Under the pieces are notes generated by a model. The model was not told the origin of the DNA, made no database searches, and saw only the letters and a program-made list of their open reading frames with translations. A stretch of DNA of 64,000 bases from positions 558,001-622,000 of the forward strand of contig NW_026515671.1 of the NCBI RefSeq assembly GCF_025526975.1, read 5' to 3'. The translations under genes and the position numbers were made by a program. Source of the DNA: Fimicolochytrium jonesii (lineage: Eukaryota). Numbering within the stretch: position 1 is the first letter of the stretch; every line of letters starts with the position of its first letter. Shown piece by piece: positions 61,873 to 64,000 of the stretch.

Positions 61873-62701
61873 AGGCGGGAGGGACATCTGCCTCATTACA
61901 CTCCAACGGTATCAAGTTGGGAGGAACAGGCATCTTCACCGTCAGTTCTTTACGTATTTGAACTTTGATCTATCAGTCCACATGATTCCATGTCTCGTAA
62001 TTCATTTCATCACCGGATGCCTCATTGCTCTGTTCTCAATTTTGGCTTGGAATTTCCCATCTGCTCGCTTGTTGTGATTCGAACATCTCTCTGCAATTGC
62101 TGTTCTTCCGTGCTTTCTGAGCGAGCTTTCTCGGTTATTGCTCCCTATTTCTTCGTGAATGATAATCCTGCTATCCAGTATACGACCGGTACATAAATCC
62201 TGTTCCAGTACACCATCTCATCGGATATCACTATGATCGCAAGCCGCTGTTCGACCAGCCAGGAATCATGCATTTATCGTGCGTACATAGACATAGGGCC
62301 GAGATCAGTCAGGGATGATTGAAGGTCGAGATGTGTTCTTTACATATGGTCGCGCCTCCTGTCGATTCTCGGGCGTCTCCGGCGCACATGCAAACGGTTG
62401 TGTTTTCGGCCAAACTCTTAGGAGAAATCGTCCATCCATCTTGGCCTTGCAATCCTACAACGCTCGCTCAGTATATATCATAGACAACGTAGAGATAGCA
62501 GGGACATTGTCGTCAGCAGTTGATAGCTTTCACCCCCGCCAGGCCTACAACCCCGACAAGAGCGAGAACTGAGGCGGCCGTGGGACATTCTTCGTGTTTT
62601 TTTTTTTTTTTGGGAGAGCATTGTTTTGGCGATAGGACAGACTACAGGATTTCTTGAGGCCACGGCAGCTTCATGAGCTTACACTCGTCGAATTCGTCAA
62701 T

Positions 62702-64000
62702 ATGGGCTACTTCAACTGGACTTGTGTCCCGAAAATACATTGTGAAGGCACGCATGTCGGAGCGGTAAGTAACTATTACTTCAGACTATTGGCCCCACGG
62801 AAGAGAGAAAGCTTATCGTTATCCTTCAGAAGCAAAATATAGATGGAGGTGCATTAGGGAGCTCGTTGACATCGATAGGGAATACAAAGTTGGGGGAAAA
62901 CAAGACGGGGAATTCCAAAATACCGGACGCACCACAGCGGAATCCAGGGCCACTCGTAAGTGCACCGCAGACCGTTACTTACTCGGGAGGGATGGAGCGT
63001 TGCAACTGACGCAAGTCCACCGAACCCCCTATCACCTAGTCCCCCGAAGACGCACAAACCCGCCGAGCACGGATACGGAAGCTGTTCGAAACCCTTGACG
63101 ACGCGAAACGCGGATACCTCGACCACGACAACATCGTGCGGCGGCTAGACGAGATGGCGCAGGCGAGCGATGCACAGCACCCAGATTTAGAGAACTGCCG
63201 GAGAGCAAAGCTGCGAGGAAGGCGACGCCCGCCATCGCGTACGCAGAAGGAGGCGGGTGCTGATGGGGAAAAGGCGGACGAAAAGGCGGACGGACCGGTG
63301 GGGTCGACGTTGATGTATGCGAGGGAATTGGTGAAGGAGTGCGATAAAACCAAGGATGGACGTATAACTTTTGCGGAGTTCGAGGGGTTTGTACATACGA
63401 AGGAACGGGAATTGGAGGAGGTGTTCCGCAAGGTCGGTTCAGGTGTTTCGCGGCAACCTTCTGCAATACGTTGAACACAGTTTGATGCTGACGCTGCGCT
63501 TGGCAAAATAGGTGGACACGACCGGCGATAACACAATTCAGTACGACGAACTAGGGCACTTCATCAAAGCATCTGGCATCCATGTCACAGACGAAGAACT
63601 CCGCAATCTTATGACACGCTTCGATCGAGACCGCGACGGGAGTATCACGTTCAGTGAATGGCGGGATTTCCTGCTCTTGCTGCCCCATGCCGTTACGGGG
63701 CAGAATGTTTTCAACTACCTGAACAGCGTGTATAATCTGGACGTCAACTCGGACTCGATGCCGTTTCCTGATGATGTGCGGAATGCGGACTCCGTGGTTA
63801 GCCAGAGAGTCAGATACTTTTTATGTGGTGGGCTGAGTGGGGCAGTGAGCCGGAGTGTTACGGCGCCATTGGACCGATTAAAGGTTAGAACGCTGGGAAA
63901 TGTCACTTCGTCATCTATAACTGTGGGAACTGATACGGGTTTACGTCGCAGGTCCTTCTAGTCACACAAACCCCAACATCACCATCCGCCTCCGCATCAT
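62702..64000 (+). CDS. SAL1: Calcium-binding mitochondrial ATP-Mg/Pi carrier (Sal1/SCaMC), 5' part
   Basis: Four EF-hand-like motifs (DDAKRGYLD, DKTKDGRITFAEF, DTTGDNTIQYDEL, DRDRDGSITFSEWRDFL), then YFLCGGLSGAVSRSVTAPLDRLKV; runs off the window, start codon tentative. Confidence 0.9.

Overview
Gene-dense, intron-rich eukaryotic DNA, almost certainly fungal. It is probably a zoosporic (chytrid-like) fungus; this is inferred from short 55-110 bp GT-AG introns, a WOPR factor, a class C-type GPCR, a TmcB-like protein and a CCDC66/CSPP1-like protein. The first ~36 kb is a compact housekeeping block: MED4, SPF45, ERG20, ETF-beta, RAD54B/RDH54-like, RAD26/CSB, RBM18-like, MET2, UMP1, SRP68, CCDC66-like, PFK-2/FBPase-2, DBP8, RPL32 and SFR1/MEI5. 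From ~36 kb the region is more accessory and regulatory. It holds a TmcB/TmcC-like membrane protein, a propionyl-CoA synthetase, and a tRNA-Trp with an A1xC72 mismatch flanked by partial copies and a foldback element. Further on are a degenerate gene, a receptor (signal peptide + bacterial-type sugar-binding protein + class C 7TM + putative PH-like tail), a C2H2 factor, a secreted GH43 endo-arabinanase, a Gti1/Pac2 factor and the start of an EF-hand mitochondrial carrier. The best candidates for new biology are the sugar-receptor architecture with its receptor/TF/glycosidase neighbourhood, and a long, highly structured intron in MET2. Exon boundaries were read by eye and no database searches were run.
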